Assembly: GCA_009914755.4 (NCBI GenBank)
Contig: CP086569.2
Coordinates: 28,448,001-28,512,000, forward strand
DNA length: 64,000 nt
Direction of reading: 5' to 3'
Source of the DNA: the human T2T-CHM13v2.0 reference genome, Homo sapiens
Under the pieces are notes generated by a model. The model was not told the DNA's origin, did no database searches, and was given only the letters and a program-made list of their open reading frames with translations. Positions 42,436 through 56,517 of this stretch are shown here, piece by piece (within the stretch, counting starts at the first letter, position 1; each line of letters opens with the position of its first letter). The position numbers were made by a program, and so were the translations under genes.

Positions 42436-45400
42436 GTATTGGACAGGCCTGGAATAAAGTGGAATGCTACGGTCTCGAATGGAATAAAAATGTATGGAAT
42501 GGAATGCAATGAAACAGAATCGAATGTCATAGAATGTAATGGAATGCAAAAAAATGGAATCCAAAATCATTGACTGGAAAGGCTGGGTGTCGAAAGGAAT
42601 TGACTCCAATGGAATGGAATCGAATGGAATGGAAGTGAATAGAATCGAACTAAATCGAATGGAATGGAATTGATAGGAACGGAATGGAAAGGAATGCAAT
42701 GATTTGGCATGGAATGGAATCGAAGGGCATCGAATGGAATGGAATGGAATGTATTAGAATGTAATGAACTTTAGTGGAATGTACTCGAATGGATTCGACT
42801 GGAATGGAATGTTCTGGAAGTGAATGGACTCCAATGGAATGGATTCAAAAGGAATGGAATCATACGGAATGGAATCTAATGGAATGGAATTAAATGGAAA
42901 TGAATCAAATTGAATAGCACGGAATGAATTGAATGGAATCGAATGCAATGGAATCTAATGAAACGGAAAGGAAAGGAATGGAATGGAATGGAATGGGCTG
43001 GAATGGAAAGGAATCGAAACGAATGGAATGGAATCGAACTGAATAGACTGGAATGGAATGCACTGGAATGGAAGGGAGTGTAATGGAAGGTTTTCGAAAA
43101 AAATGGAATCGAATGGAATGGAATTGAATGGAACGGAATAGAGTCGAATGGAATTGAATGGAATGGAATGGACTAGAGTGAAATGGAATCGAATCACAAG
43201 GAATGGACAGGAATAGAATGGTCACGAATTGAATGGAATCGTATGGAATGGCATCAAACGGAATGGAATGGACAGCCACGGAATGGAATGCCCTCGAATG
43301 CAATGGAGTCGAAACTAATGGACTGGAATAGAATGGACTCGACTGGTACGGACTCCAATGGAATGGAATCGAATGGAAGGGAATCGAACGGAATGGACTC
43401 GAAGGGAAAAGACTGCCATGGAAATGTCTCGAATGGAATGGAAATTAATGGAATGGAATGGAATCGAATGAAATGGAGTCAAAAGGAATGGAATCGAATG
43501 GCAAGAAATCGAACGTAATGGAATCGCAAGGAATTGATGTGAACGGAACGGAATGGAATGGAATCCAAAGGAATGGAATAGAATGTAATGGAATCGAATG
43601 GAAAGGACTCGAATGGAAATCATTCGAATAGAATGCAATTTAATAAAATAGGATGAAATGTAATGGAATGGAATGGAAAGGAATCGAAACGAAAGGAATG
43701 GAGACAGATGGAATGGAATGGAACAGAGAGCAATGGTATAGAATGGAATGGAATCATCTGGAATGGAATTGAATGGAATGGAATAATATGAAATGGAATG
43801 GAATGGAATGGAATGCCCTTGAATTAAATGGACTGGAATGGAATGGACTCGAACAGAGTGGAATGGAAAGTGTTGAGATAGAATGGAATGGACTCGTTTG
43901 GAATGGTCTAGTATGCAATGCAATCGACTGGCAGGGAATCAAAAGGAATGTAATCGAATGGATTGGACTGGAATGCAATGGACTCGAATAGATTGGAAAC
44001 GGAATGCAAAGGAATGGAATGGAATAGTATGGAATGGAATGGAAAGGAATGGAGTGGAATAGACTAGAGTGGAATGGAATGGACTCTAAAGCAATGGACT
44101 GGAAATGGAACTTTCTTGAATGGACTGGAATCAGAGAATCAAATGGAATTGAATCGAATGGAATCGAATGGATTGGAAAGGAATAGAATGGAATGGAATG
44201 GAATTGACTCAAATGGAATGGACTAGAATGGAATGGATTCGAATGGAAGGCAAAGGAATGGAATCTATTGGAATGGACTGCAATGGAATGGAATGGAAGG
44301 GATTGGAATGGACTCGAATGGAATGGACTGCCATAGAAAGGATTCGAATGGAATGCAAAAGAATTGAATGGAATAGAACAGAATGGAATCAAAGCGAATG
44401 AAATGGAATGGAATAGAAAGGAATGGAATGAAATGGAATGGAAAGGATTCGAATGGAATGCAATCGAATGGAATGGAATCGAACGGAATGGAATAAAATG
44501 GAAGCAAACTAGCAAGAAATGGAATCGAAATGAATGGAGTGTTATGGAACGGACTCAAAAGGAATTGAATGTAATAGAATGGAGTGGAGTGGACTCGAAT
44601 ATAATGGACTGGAATGGAATGAAATCACATGGAATGGGAACGAATGGAATGGAATGGAAAGGAATGGAATCTAATGGAAAGGAATCGAATGGAAGGGAAT
44701 GAAATTGAATCAACAGGAATGGAAGGGAATAGAATAGACGGTAATGGAATGGACTCGAATAGAATGGACACGAATGCTCAAATTGAATGGACTCGAATGG
44801 AATGGAAACGAAAGGAATGTCATCGAATGGAATTGAATCGATTGGAATGAAATGGCATAGAATGGAGTGGAATCAAATGGAATTGAATCGAAAGGAAAGG
44901 AAGCGAATGGACTGAAATGAAATGGAATGGAATTGAATGGAAAGTAATGCAATGGAATAGAATGGAACGAAATTTCACGGAATGGAATCCAACTGAGTGG
45001 AATAAAATCAATGGAATATAATCAAATGGAATGGAAAGGAATTGAATGGAGTAGATGGGATTGGATGGGATTGGAATGAAATGTACTGGAAAGGACTCGA
45101 ATTTCATGAAAAGGAATGGAATGAATTGGAACGGAATGGACTCGAATGGAATGGAATGTCATGGAATGGCATCAAATGGAATGGAATCGAATGCAATGGA
45201 ATGCTATGGAATGGAATGGAATGCATTGGAATGGAACGTCCTCTAATGGAAAGGATTCGAGTGGAATTGAATCGAATATAATGCAGTCGAATGAAATGGA
45301 ATTGAAAGGAATGCGATCGAATACAATGGAATATACTGGAATGTAATGTAATGAAGTCGAATGTAATTGACTGGAATGGAATGTACATGAATGGAATGTA

Positions 45401-45902
45401 ATCGAATGGAAAGTAATCCAATGGAATAGAATCTAATGCAATAAAATCGACTCAGATAGAGTAGAATGTAATGGAATGGAGTGCAGTGCAATGGAATGGA
45501 ATGGAATGGAATGCAATGGAATGGAATGGAATGGAATGGAATGGAATGGGATGGAATGGTATGGAATGGATAGTAATGGACTGGAGTGAAATGGACTGGA
45601 AAGGAATGGACTCAAATTGAAAGGGCTCGAAAGGAATGGAGTCAAATGGAATGGTCTGGAATGGAATGAACACGAATGTAATGCAATCCAATAGAATGGA
45701 ATCGAATGGCATGGAATATAAAGAAATGGAATTGAAGAGAATGGAAACAAACGGAATGGAATTGAATGGAATGGAATTGAATGGAATGGGAACGAATGGA
45801 GTGAAATTGTATGCAGTAGAAGAGAATAGAATGGAATGCAAGCGAAAGGAAAGGAATGGATTGGAATGGAATGGAATTCATTGGAATGGAAGGGAATGTA
45901 GT
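42436..45902 (+). repeat. HOR unit U12 (3467 bp, the shortest). Haplotype beta, short variant, subtype B deletion. Landmark mutated to 'gtattggacaggcctgg'.
   Basis: Junction at 44127-44146. GGCC retained. Confidence 0.85.
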
Positions 45903-48900
45903 GTAATTGACAGGCCTGGAATAAAGTGGAATGCTACGGTCTCGAATGGAATACAAATGTATGGAATGGAATGCAATGAAACGGAATCGAATGTCATAGA
46001 ATGTAATGGAATGCAAAAAAATGGAATCCAAAATCATTGACTGGAAAGGATGGGTGTCGAAAGGAATTGACTCCAATGGAATGGAATCGAATGGAATGGA
46101 AGTGAATAGAATCGAACTAAATCGAATGGAATGGAATTGATAGGAACGGAATGGAAAGGAATGAAATGATTTGGCATGGAATGGAATCGAATGGCATCGA
46201 ATGGAATGGAATGGAATGCAATGCAATGGAATGTATTAGAATGTAATGAACTTTAATGGAATGTACTCGAATGGATTCGACTGGAATGGAATGTTCTGGA
46301 AGTGAATGGACTCCAATGGAATGGATTGAAAAGGAATGGAATCGTACGGAATGGAATCTAATGGAATGGAATTAAACGGAAATGAATCAAATTGAATAGC
46401 ACGGAATTGAATTGAATGGAATCGAATGCAATGGAATTTAATGAAACGGAAAGGAAAGGAATGGAATGGATTGGAATGGGCTGGAATGGAAAGGAATCGA
46501 AACGAATGGAATGGAATCGAACTGAGGAGACTGGAATGGAATGCACTGGAATGGAAGGGAGTGTAATGGAAGGTTCTCGAAAAAAATGGAAACGAATGGA
46601 ATGGAATTGAATGGAACGGAATAGAGTCGAATGGAATTGAATGGAATGGAATGGACTAGAGTGAAATGGAATCGAACCACAAAAAATGGACAGGAATAGA
46701 ATGGTCTCGAATTAAATGGAATAGTATGGAATGGCATCAAACGGAATGGAATGGACAGCCACGGAATGGAATACACTCGAATGCAATGGAGTCGAAACTA
46801 ATGGACTGGAATAGAATGGACTCGACTGGTACGGACTCCAATGGAATGGAATCGAATGGAAGGGAATCGAACGGAATGGACTCGAAGGGAAAAGACTGCA
46901 ATGGAAAGGTCTCGAATGGAATGGAAATTAATGGAATGGAATGGAATCGAATGAAATGGAGTCAAAAGGATTGGAATCGAATGGCAAGAAATCGAATGTA
47001 ATGGAATCGCAAGGAACGGATGTGAACGGAACGGAATGGAATGGAATCCAAAGGAATGGAATAGAATGGAATGGAATAGAATGGAAAGGACTCGAATGGA
47101 AATCAGTCGAATGGAATGAAATTTAATAAAATAAGATCAAATGTAATGGAATGGAATGGAAAGGAATCGAAACGAAAGGAATGGAGACATATGGAATGGA
47201 ATGGAACAGAGAGCAATGTTATAGAATGGAATGGAATCATCTGGAATGGAATTGAATGGAATGGAATAATATGAAATGGAATGGAATGGAATGGAATGCC
47301 CTTGAATTAAATGGACTGGAATGGAATGGACTCGAACAGAGTGGAATGGAAAGTGTTGAGATAGAATGGAACGGACTCCTTTGGAATGGTCTAGTATGCA
47401 ATGCAATCGACTGGCAGGGAATCAAAAGGAATGTAATCGAATGGATTGGACTGGAATGCAATGGACTCGAATAGATTGGAAACGGAATGCAAAGGAATGG
47501 AATGGAATAGTATGGAATGGAATGGAAAGGAATGGAGTGGAATAGACTAGAGTGGAATGGAATGGACTCGAAAGCAATGGACTGGAATGGAACTTTCTTG
47601 AATGGACTGGAATCAAACGGAATGGAATGCAATGCAATCAAATGGCATGGAATAAAATAGAATAAAAGAGAATCAAATGGAATTGAATCGAATGGAATCG
47701 AATGGATTGGAAAGGAATAGAATGGAATGGAATGGAATTGACTCAAATGGAATGGACTAGAATGGAATGGATTCGAATGGAAAGCAAAGGAATGGAATCT
47801 ATTGGAATGGACTGCAATGGAATGGAATGGAAGGGATTGGAATGGACTCGAATGGAATGGACTGCCATAGAAAGGATTCGAATGGAATGAAAAAGAATTG
47901 AATGGAATAGAACAGAATGGAATCAAATCGAATGAAATGGAATGGAATAGAAAGGAATGGAATGAAATGGAATGGAAAGGATTCGAATGGAATGCAATCG
48001 AATGGAATGGAATCGAACGGAATGGAATAAAATGGAAGAAAACTGGCAAGAAATGGAATCGAAATGAATGGAGTGTTATGGAACGGACTCAAAAGGAATT
48101 GAATGTAATAGAATGGAGTGGAGTGGACTCGAATATAATGGACTGGAATGGAATGAAATCACATGGAATGGGAACGAATGGAATGGAATGGAAAGGAATG
48201 GAATCGAATGGAAAGGAATCGAATGGAAGGGAATGAAATTGAATCAACAGGAATGGAAGGGAATAGAATAGACGGTAATGGAATGGACTCGAATAGAATG
48301 GACACGAATGCTCAAATTGAATGGACTCGAATGGAATGGAAACGAAAGGAATGTCATGGAATGGAATTGAATCGATTGGAATGAAATCGCATAGAATGGA
48401 GTGGAATCAAATGGAATTGAATCGAAAGAAAGGAAGCGAATGGACTGAAATGAAATGGAATGGAATTGAATGGAAAGTAATGCAATGGAATAGAATGGAA
48501 CGAAATTTCACGGAATGGAATCAAACTGAATGGAATCAAATCAATGGAATATAATCAAATGGAATGGAAAGGAATTGAATGGAGTAGATGGGATTGGATG
48601 GGATTGGAATGAAATGTACTGGAAAGGACTCGAATTTCATGAAACGGAATGGAATGAATTGGAACGGAATGGACTCGAATGGAATGGAATGTCATGGAAT
48701 GGCATCAAAAGGAATGGCATCAAATGGAATGGAATCGAATGCAATGGAATGCTATGGAATGGAATGGAATGCATTGGAATGGAATGTCCTCTAATGGAAT
48801 GGATTCGAGTGGAATGGAATCGAATATAATGGAGTCGAATGAAATGGAATTGAAAGGAATGGGATCGAATACAATGGAATATACTGGAATGTAATGTAAT

Positions 48901-49455
48901 GAACTCGAATGTAATTGACTGGAATGGAATGTACATGAATGGAATGTAATCGAATGGAAAGTAATCCAATGGAATAGAATCTAATGCAATAAAATCGACT
49001 CAGATAGAGTAGAATGTAATGGAATGGAGTGCAGTGCAATGGAATGGAATGGAATGGAATGCAATGGAATGGAATGGAATGGAATAGAATGGAATGGAAT
49101 GGGATGGAATGGTATGGAATGGATAGTAATGGACTGGAGTGAAATGGACTGGAAAGGAATGGACTCAAATTGAAAGGGCTCGAAAGGAATGGAGTCAAAT
49201 GGAATGGTCTGGAATGGAATGAACACGAATGTAATGCAATCCAATAGAATGGAATCGAATGGCATGGAATATAAAGAAATGGAATCGAAGAGAATGGAAA
49301 CAAACGGAATGGAATTGAATGGAATGGAAATGAATGGAATGGGAACGAATGGAGTGAAATTGTATGCAGTAGAAGAGAATAGAATGGAATGCAAGCGAAA
49401 GGAAAGGAATGGATTGGAATGGAATGGAATTCATTGGAATGCAAGGGAATGTAGT
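45903..49455 (+). repeat. HOR unit U13 (3553 bp). Beta-like ('gatgggtgtcg'), long variant. Landmark mutated to 'gtaattgacaggcctgg'.
   Basis: Landmark at 45903. No subtype B deletion. Confidence 0.85.
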
Positions 49456-52400
49456 GTAATGGACAGGCCTGGAATAAAGTGGAATGTTACGGTCTCGAAT
49501 GGAATAAAAATGTATGGAATGGAATGCAATGAAACGGAATCGAATGTCATAGAATGTAATGGAATGCAAAAAAATGGAATCCAAAATCATTGACTGGAAA
49601 GGCTGGGTGTCGAAAGGAATTGACTCCAATGGAATGGAATCGAATGGAATGGAAGTGAATAGAATCGAACTAAACCGAATGGAATGGAATTGATAGGAAC
49701 GGAATGGAAAGGAATGCAATGATTTGGCATGGAATGGAATCGAAGGGCATCGAATGGAATGCAATGGAATGTATTAGAATGTAATGAACTTTAGTGGAAT
49801 GTACTCGAATGGATTCGACTGGAATGGAATGTTCTGGAAGTGAATGGACTCCAGTGGAATGGATTCAAAAGGAATGGAATCGTACGGAATGGAATCTAAT
49901 GGAATGGAATTAAATGGAAATGAATCAAATTGAATAGCACGGAATGAATTGAATGGAATCGAATGCAATGGAATCTAATGAAACGGAAAGGAAAGGAATG
50001 GAATGGAATGGAATGGGCTGGAATGGAAAGGAATCGAAACGAATGGAATGGAATCGAACTGAAGAGACTGGAATGGAATGCACTGGAATGGAAGGGAGTG
50101 TAATGGAAGGTTCTTGAAAAAAATGGAATCGAATGGAATGGAATTGAATGGAACGGAATACAGTCGAATGGAATTGAATGGAATGGAATGGACTAGAGTG
50201 AAATGGAATCGAATCACAAGGAATGGACAGGAATAGAATGGTCTCGAATTGAATGGAATCGTATGGAATGGCATCAAACGGAATGGAATGGACAGCCACG
50301 GAATGGAATGCACTCGAATGCAATGGAGTCGAAACTAATGGACTGGAATAGAATGGACTCGACTGGTACGGACTCCAATGGAATGGAATCGAATGGAAGG
50401 GAATCGAACGGAATGGACTCGAAGGGAAAAGACTGCAATGGAAAGGTCTCGAATGGAATGGAAATTAAAGGAATGGAATGGAATCGAATGAAATGGAGTC
50501 AAAAGGAATGGAATCGAATGGCAAGAAATCAAATGTAATGGAATCGTAAGGAATTGATGTGAACCGAACGGAATGGAATGGAATCCAAAGGAATGGAATA
50601 GAATGTAATGGAATCGAATGGAAAGGACTCGAATGGAAATCATTCGAATAGAATGCAATTTAATAAAATAGGATGAAATGTAATGGAATGGAATGGAAAG
50701 GAATCGAAACGAAAGGAATGGAGACAGATGGAATGGAATGGAACAGAGAGCAATGCTATAGAAAGGAATGGAATCATCTGGAATGGAATTGAATGGAATG
50801 GAATAATATGAAATGGAATGGAATGGAATGGAATGCCCTTGAATTAAATGGACTGGAATGGAATGTACTTAAACAGAGTGGAATGGAAAGTGTTGAGATA
50901 GAATGGAATGGACTCCTTTGGAATGGTCTAGTATGCAATGCAATCGACTGACAGGGAATCAAAAGGAATTTAATCGAATGGATTGGACTGGAATGCAATG
51001 GACTCGAATAGATTGGAAACGGAATGCAAAGGAATGGAATGGAATAGTATGGAATGGAATGGAAAGGAATGGAGTGGAATAGACTAGAGTGGAATGGAAT
51101 GGACTCGAAAGCAATGGACTGGAATGGAACTTTCTTGAATGGACTGGAATCAAACGGAATGGAATGCAATGCAATCAAATGGCATGGAATAAAATAGAAT
51201 GAAAGAGAATCAAATGGAATGGAATCGAATGGAATCGAATGGATTGGAAAGGAATAGAATGGAATGGAATGGAATTGACTCAAATGGAATGGACTAGAAT
51301 GGAATGGATTCGAATGGAAGGCAAAGGAATGGAATCTATTGGAATGGACTGCAATGGAATGGAATGGAAGGGATTGGAATGGACTCGAATGGAATGGACT
51401 GCCATAGAAAGGATTCGAATGGCATGAAAAAGAATTGAATGGAATAGAACAGAATGGAATCAAATCGAATGAAATGGAATGGAATATAAAGGAATGGAAT
51501 GAAATGGAATGGAAAGGACTCGAATGGAATGCAATCGAATGGAATGGAATCGAACGGAATGGAATAAAATGGAAGCAAACTGGCAAGAAATGGAATCGAA
51601 ATGAATGGAGTGTTATGGATCGGACTCAAAATGAATTGAATGTAATAGAATGGAGTGGAGTGGACTCGAATATAATGGACTGGAATGGAATGAAATCACA
51701 TGGAATGGGAACGAATGGAATGGAATGGAAAGGAATGGAATCGAATGGAAAGGAATCGAATGGAAGGGAATGAAATTGAATCAACAGGAATGGAAGGGAA
51801 TACAATAGACGGTAATGGAATGGACTCGAATAGAATGGACACGAATGCTCAAATTGAATGGACTCGAATGGAATGGAAACGAAAGGAATGTCATCGAATG
51901 GAATGGAATCGATTGGAATGAAATCGCATAGAATGGAGTGGAATCAAATGGAATTGAATCGAAAGGAAAGGAAGCGAATGGACTGAAATGAAATGGAATG
52001 GAATTGAATGGAAAGTAATGCAATGGAATAGAATGGAACGAAATTTCACGGAATGGAATCAAACTGAATGGAATCAAATCAATGGAATATAATCAAATGG
52101 AATGGAAAGGAATTGAATGGAGTAGATGGGATTGGATGGGATTGGAATGAAATGTACTGGAAAGGACTCGAATTTCATGAAACGGAATGGAATGAATTGG
52201 AACGGAATGGACTCGAATGGAATGGAATGTCATGGAATGGCATCAAATGGAATGGAATCGAATGCAATGGAATGCTATGGAATGGAATGGAATGCATTGG
52301 AATGGAATGTCCTCTAACGGAATGGATTCGAGTGGAATGGAATCGAATATAATGGAGTCGAATGAAATGGAATTGAAAGGAATGGGATCGAATACAATGG

Positions 52401-52958
52401 AATATACTGGAATGTAATGTAATGAACTCGAATGTAATTGACTGGAATGGAATGTACATGAATGGAATGTAATCGAATGGAAAGTAATCCAATGGAATAG
52501 AATCTAATGCAATAAAATCGACTCAGATAGAGTAGAATGTAATGGAATGGAGTGCAGTGCAATGGAATGGAATGGAATGGAATGCAATGGAATGGAATGG
52601 AATGGGATGGAATGGTATGGAATGGATAGTAATGGACTGGAGTGAAATGGACTGGAAAGGAATCGACTCAAATTGAAAGGGCTCGAAAGGAATGGAGTCA
52701 AATGGAATGGTCTGGAATGGAATGAACACGAATGTAATGCAATCCAATAGAATGGAATCGAATGGCATGGAATATAAAGAAATGGAATCGAAGAGAATGG
52801 AAACAAACGGAATGGAATTGAATGGAATGGAAATGAATGGAATGGGAACGAATGGAGTGAAATTGTATGCAGTAGAAGAGAATAGAATGGAATGCAAGCG
52901 AAAGGAAAGGAATGGATTGGAATGGAATGGAATTCATTGGAATGGAAGGGAATGTAGT
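49456..52958 (+). repeat. HOR unit U14 (3503 bp). Haplotype beta, short variant. Pure (GGAAT) tract contracted to 3 copies.
   Basis: Landmark at 49456. Tract at about 52589-52603. Confidence 0.85.
52589..52603 (+). repeat. Contracted pure (GGAAT)3 tract inside U14
   Basis: Same flanks (gcaat ... gggatggaatggtatgg) as the 8-9-copy tracts in other units. Confidence 0.75.
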
Positions 52959-55900
52959 GTAATGGACAGGCCTGGAATAAAGTGGAATGCTACGGTCTCG
53001 AATGGAATAAAAATGTATGGAATGGAATGCAATGAAACGGAATCGAATGTCATAGAATGTAATGGAATGCAAAAAAATGGAATCCAAAATCACTGACTGG
53101 AAAGGCTGGGTTTCGAAAGGAATTGACTCCAATGGAATGGAATCGAATGGAATGGAAGTGAATACAATCGAATTAAATCGAATGGAATGGAATTGATAGG
53201 AATGGAATGGAAAGGAATGAAATGAATTGGCATGGAATGGAATCGAATGGCATCGAATGGAATGGAATGGAATGCAATGCAATGGAATGTATTAGAATGT
53301 AATGAACTTTAATGGAATGTACTCGAATGGATTCGACTGGAATGGAATGTTCTGGAAGTGAATGCACTCCAATGGAATGGATTCAAAAGGAATGGAATCG
53401 TACGGAATGGAATCTAATGGAATGGAATTAAATGGAAATGAATCAAATTGAATAGCACGGAATTGAATTGAATGGAATCGAATGCAATGGAATCTAATGA
53501 AACGGAAAGGAAAGGAATGGAATGGAATGGAATGGGCTGGAATGGAAAGGAATCGAAACGAATGGAATGGAATCGAACTGAAGAGACTGGAATGGAATGC
53601 ACTGGAATGGAAGGGAGTGTAATGGAAGGTTCTCGAAAAAAATGGAATCGAATGGAATGGAATTGAATGGAACGGAATAGAGTCGAATGGAATTGAATGG
53701 AATGGAATGGACTAGAGTGAAATGGAATCGAACCACAAGGAATGGACAGGAATAGAATGGTCTCGAATTGAATGGAATCTTATGGAATGGCATCAAACGG
53801 AATGGAATGGACAGCCACGGAATGGAATGCACTCGAATGCAATGGAGTCGAAACTAATGGACTGGAATAGAATGGACTCGACTGGTACGGACTCCAATGG
53901 AATGGAATCGAATGGAAGGGAATCGAACGGAATGGACTCGAAGGGAAAAGACTGCAATGGAAAGGTCTCGAATGGAATGGAAATTAATGGAATGGAATGG
54001 AATCGAATGAAATGGAGTCAAAAGGAATGGAATCGAATGGCAAGAAATCGAATGTAATGGAATCGCAAGGAATTGATGTGAACGGAACGGAATGGAATGG
54101 AATCCAAAGGAATGGAATAGAATGGAATGGAATCGAATGGAAAGGACTCGAATGGAAATCACTCGAATAGAATGCAATTTAATAAAATAGGATGAAATGT
54201 AATGGAATGGAATGGAAAGGAATCGAAACGAAAGGAATGGAGACAGATGGAATGGAATGGAACAGAGAGCAATGGTATAGAATGGAATGGAATCATCTGG
54301 AATGGAATTGAATGGAATGGAATAATATGAAATGGAATGGAATGGAATGGAATGCCCTTGAATTAAATGGACTGGAATGGAATGGACTCGAACAGAGTGG
54401 AATGGAAAGTGTTGAGATGGAATGGAATGGACTCGTTGGGAATGGTCTAGTATGCAATGCAATCGACTGGCAGGGAATCAAAAGGAATGTAATCGAATGG
54501 ATTGGACTGGAATGCAATGGACTCGAATAGATTGGAAACGGAATGCAAAGGAATGGAATGGAATAGTATGGAATGGAATGGAAAGGAATGGAGTGGAATA
54601 GACTAGAGTGGAATGGAATGGACTCGAAAGCAATGGACTGGAATGGAACTTTCTTGAATGGACTGGAATCAAACGGAATGGAATGCAATGCAATCAAATG
54701 GCATGGAATAAAATAGAATGAAAGAGAATCAAATGGAATTGAATCGAATGGAATCGAATGGATTGGAAAGGAATAGAATGGAATGGAATGGAATTGACTC
54801 AAATGGAATGGACTAGAATGGAATGGATTCGAATGGAAGGCAAAGGAATGGAATCTATTGGAATGGACTGCAATGGAATGGAATGGAAGGGATTGGAATG
54901 GACTCGAATGGAATGGACTGCAATAGAAAGGATTCGAATGGAATGAAAAAGAATTGAATGGAATAGAACAGAATGGAATCAAATCGAATGAAATGGAATG
55001 GAATAGAAAGGAATGGAATGAAATGGAATGGAAAGGATTCGAATGGAATGCAATCGAATGGAATGGAATCGAACGGAATGGAATAAAATGGAAGAAAACT
55101 GGCAAGAAATGGAATCGAAATGAATGGAGTGTTATGCAACGGACTCAAAAGGAATTGAATGTAATAGAATGGAGTGGAGTAGACTCGAATATAATGGACT
55201 GGAATGGAATGAAATCACATGGAATGGGAACGAATGGAATGGAATGGAAAGGAATGGAATCGAATGGAAAGGAATCGAATGGAAGGGAATGAAATTGAAT
55301 CAACAGGAATGGAAGGGAATAGAATAGACGGTAATGGAATGGACTCGAATAGAATGGACACGAATGCTCAAATTGAATGGACTCGAATGGAATGGAAACG
55401 AAAGGAATGTCATCGAATGGAATTGAATCTATTGGAATGAAATCGCATAGAATGGAGAGGAATCAAATGGAATTGAATCGAAAGGAAAGGAAGCGAATGG
55501 ACTGAAATGAAATGGAATGGAATTGAATTGAAAGTAAAGCAATGGAATAGAATGGAACGAAATTTCACGGAATGGAATCAAACTGAATGGAATCAAATCA
55601 ATGGAATATAATCAAATGGAATGGAAAGGAATTGAATGGAGTAGATGGGATTGGATGGGATTGGAATGAAATGAACTGGAAAGGACTCGAATTTCATGAA
55701 ACGGAATGGAATGAATTGGAACGGAATGGACTCGAATGGAATGGAATGTCATGGAATGGCATCAAATGGAATGGCATCAAATGGAATGGAATCGAATGCA
55801 ATGGAATGCTATGGAATGGAATGGAATGCATTGGAATGGAATGTCCTCTAATGGAATGGATTCGAGTGGAATGGAATCGAATATAATGGAGTCGAATGAA

Positions 55901-56517
55901 ATGGAATTGAAAGGAATGGGATCGAATACAATGGAATATTCTGGAATGTAATGTAATGAACTCGAATGTAATTGACTGGAATGGAATGTACATGAATGGA
56001 ATGTAATCGAATGGAAAGTAATCCAATGGAATAGAATCTAATGCAATAAAATCGACTCAGATAGAGTAGAATGTAATGGAATGGAGTGCAGTGCAATGGA
56101 TTGGAATGGAATGGAATGGAATGCAATGGAATGGAATGGAATGGAATGGAATGGAATGGAATGGGATGGAATGGTATGGAATGGATAGTAATGGACTGGA
56201 GTGAAATGGACTGGAAAGGAATGGACTCAAATTGAAAGGGCTCGAAAGGAATGGAGTCAAATGGAATGGTCTGGAATGGAATGAACACGAATGTAATGCA
56301 ATCCAATAGAATGGAATCGAATGGCATGGAATATAAAGAAATGGAATCGAAGAGAATGGAAACAAACGGAATGGAATTGAATGGAATGGAATTGAATGGA
56401 ATGGGAACGAATGGAGTGAAATTGTATGCAGTAGAAGAGAATAGAATGGAATGCAAGCGAAAGGAAAGGAATGGATTGGAATGGAATGGAATTCATTGGA
56501 ATGGAAGGGAATGTAGT
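52959..56517 (+). repeat. HOR unit U15 (3559 bp). Mixed front end ('gggtttcg' but 'gataggaatgg'), long variant.
   Basis: Landmark at 52959. Variant strings at about 53110 and 53195. Confidence 0.8.
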
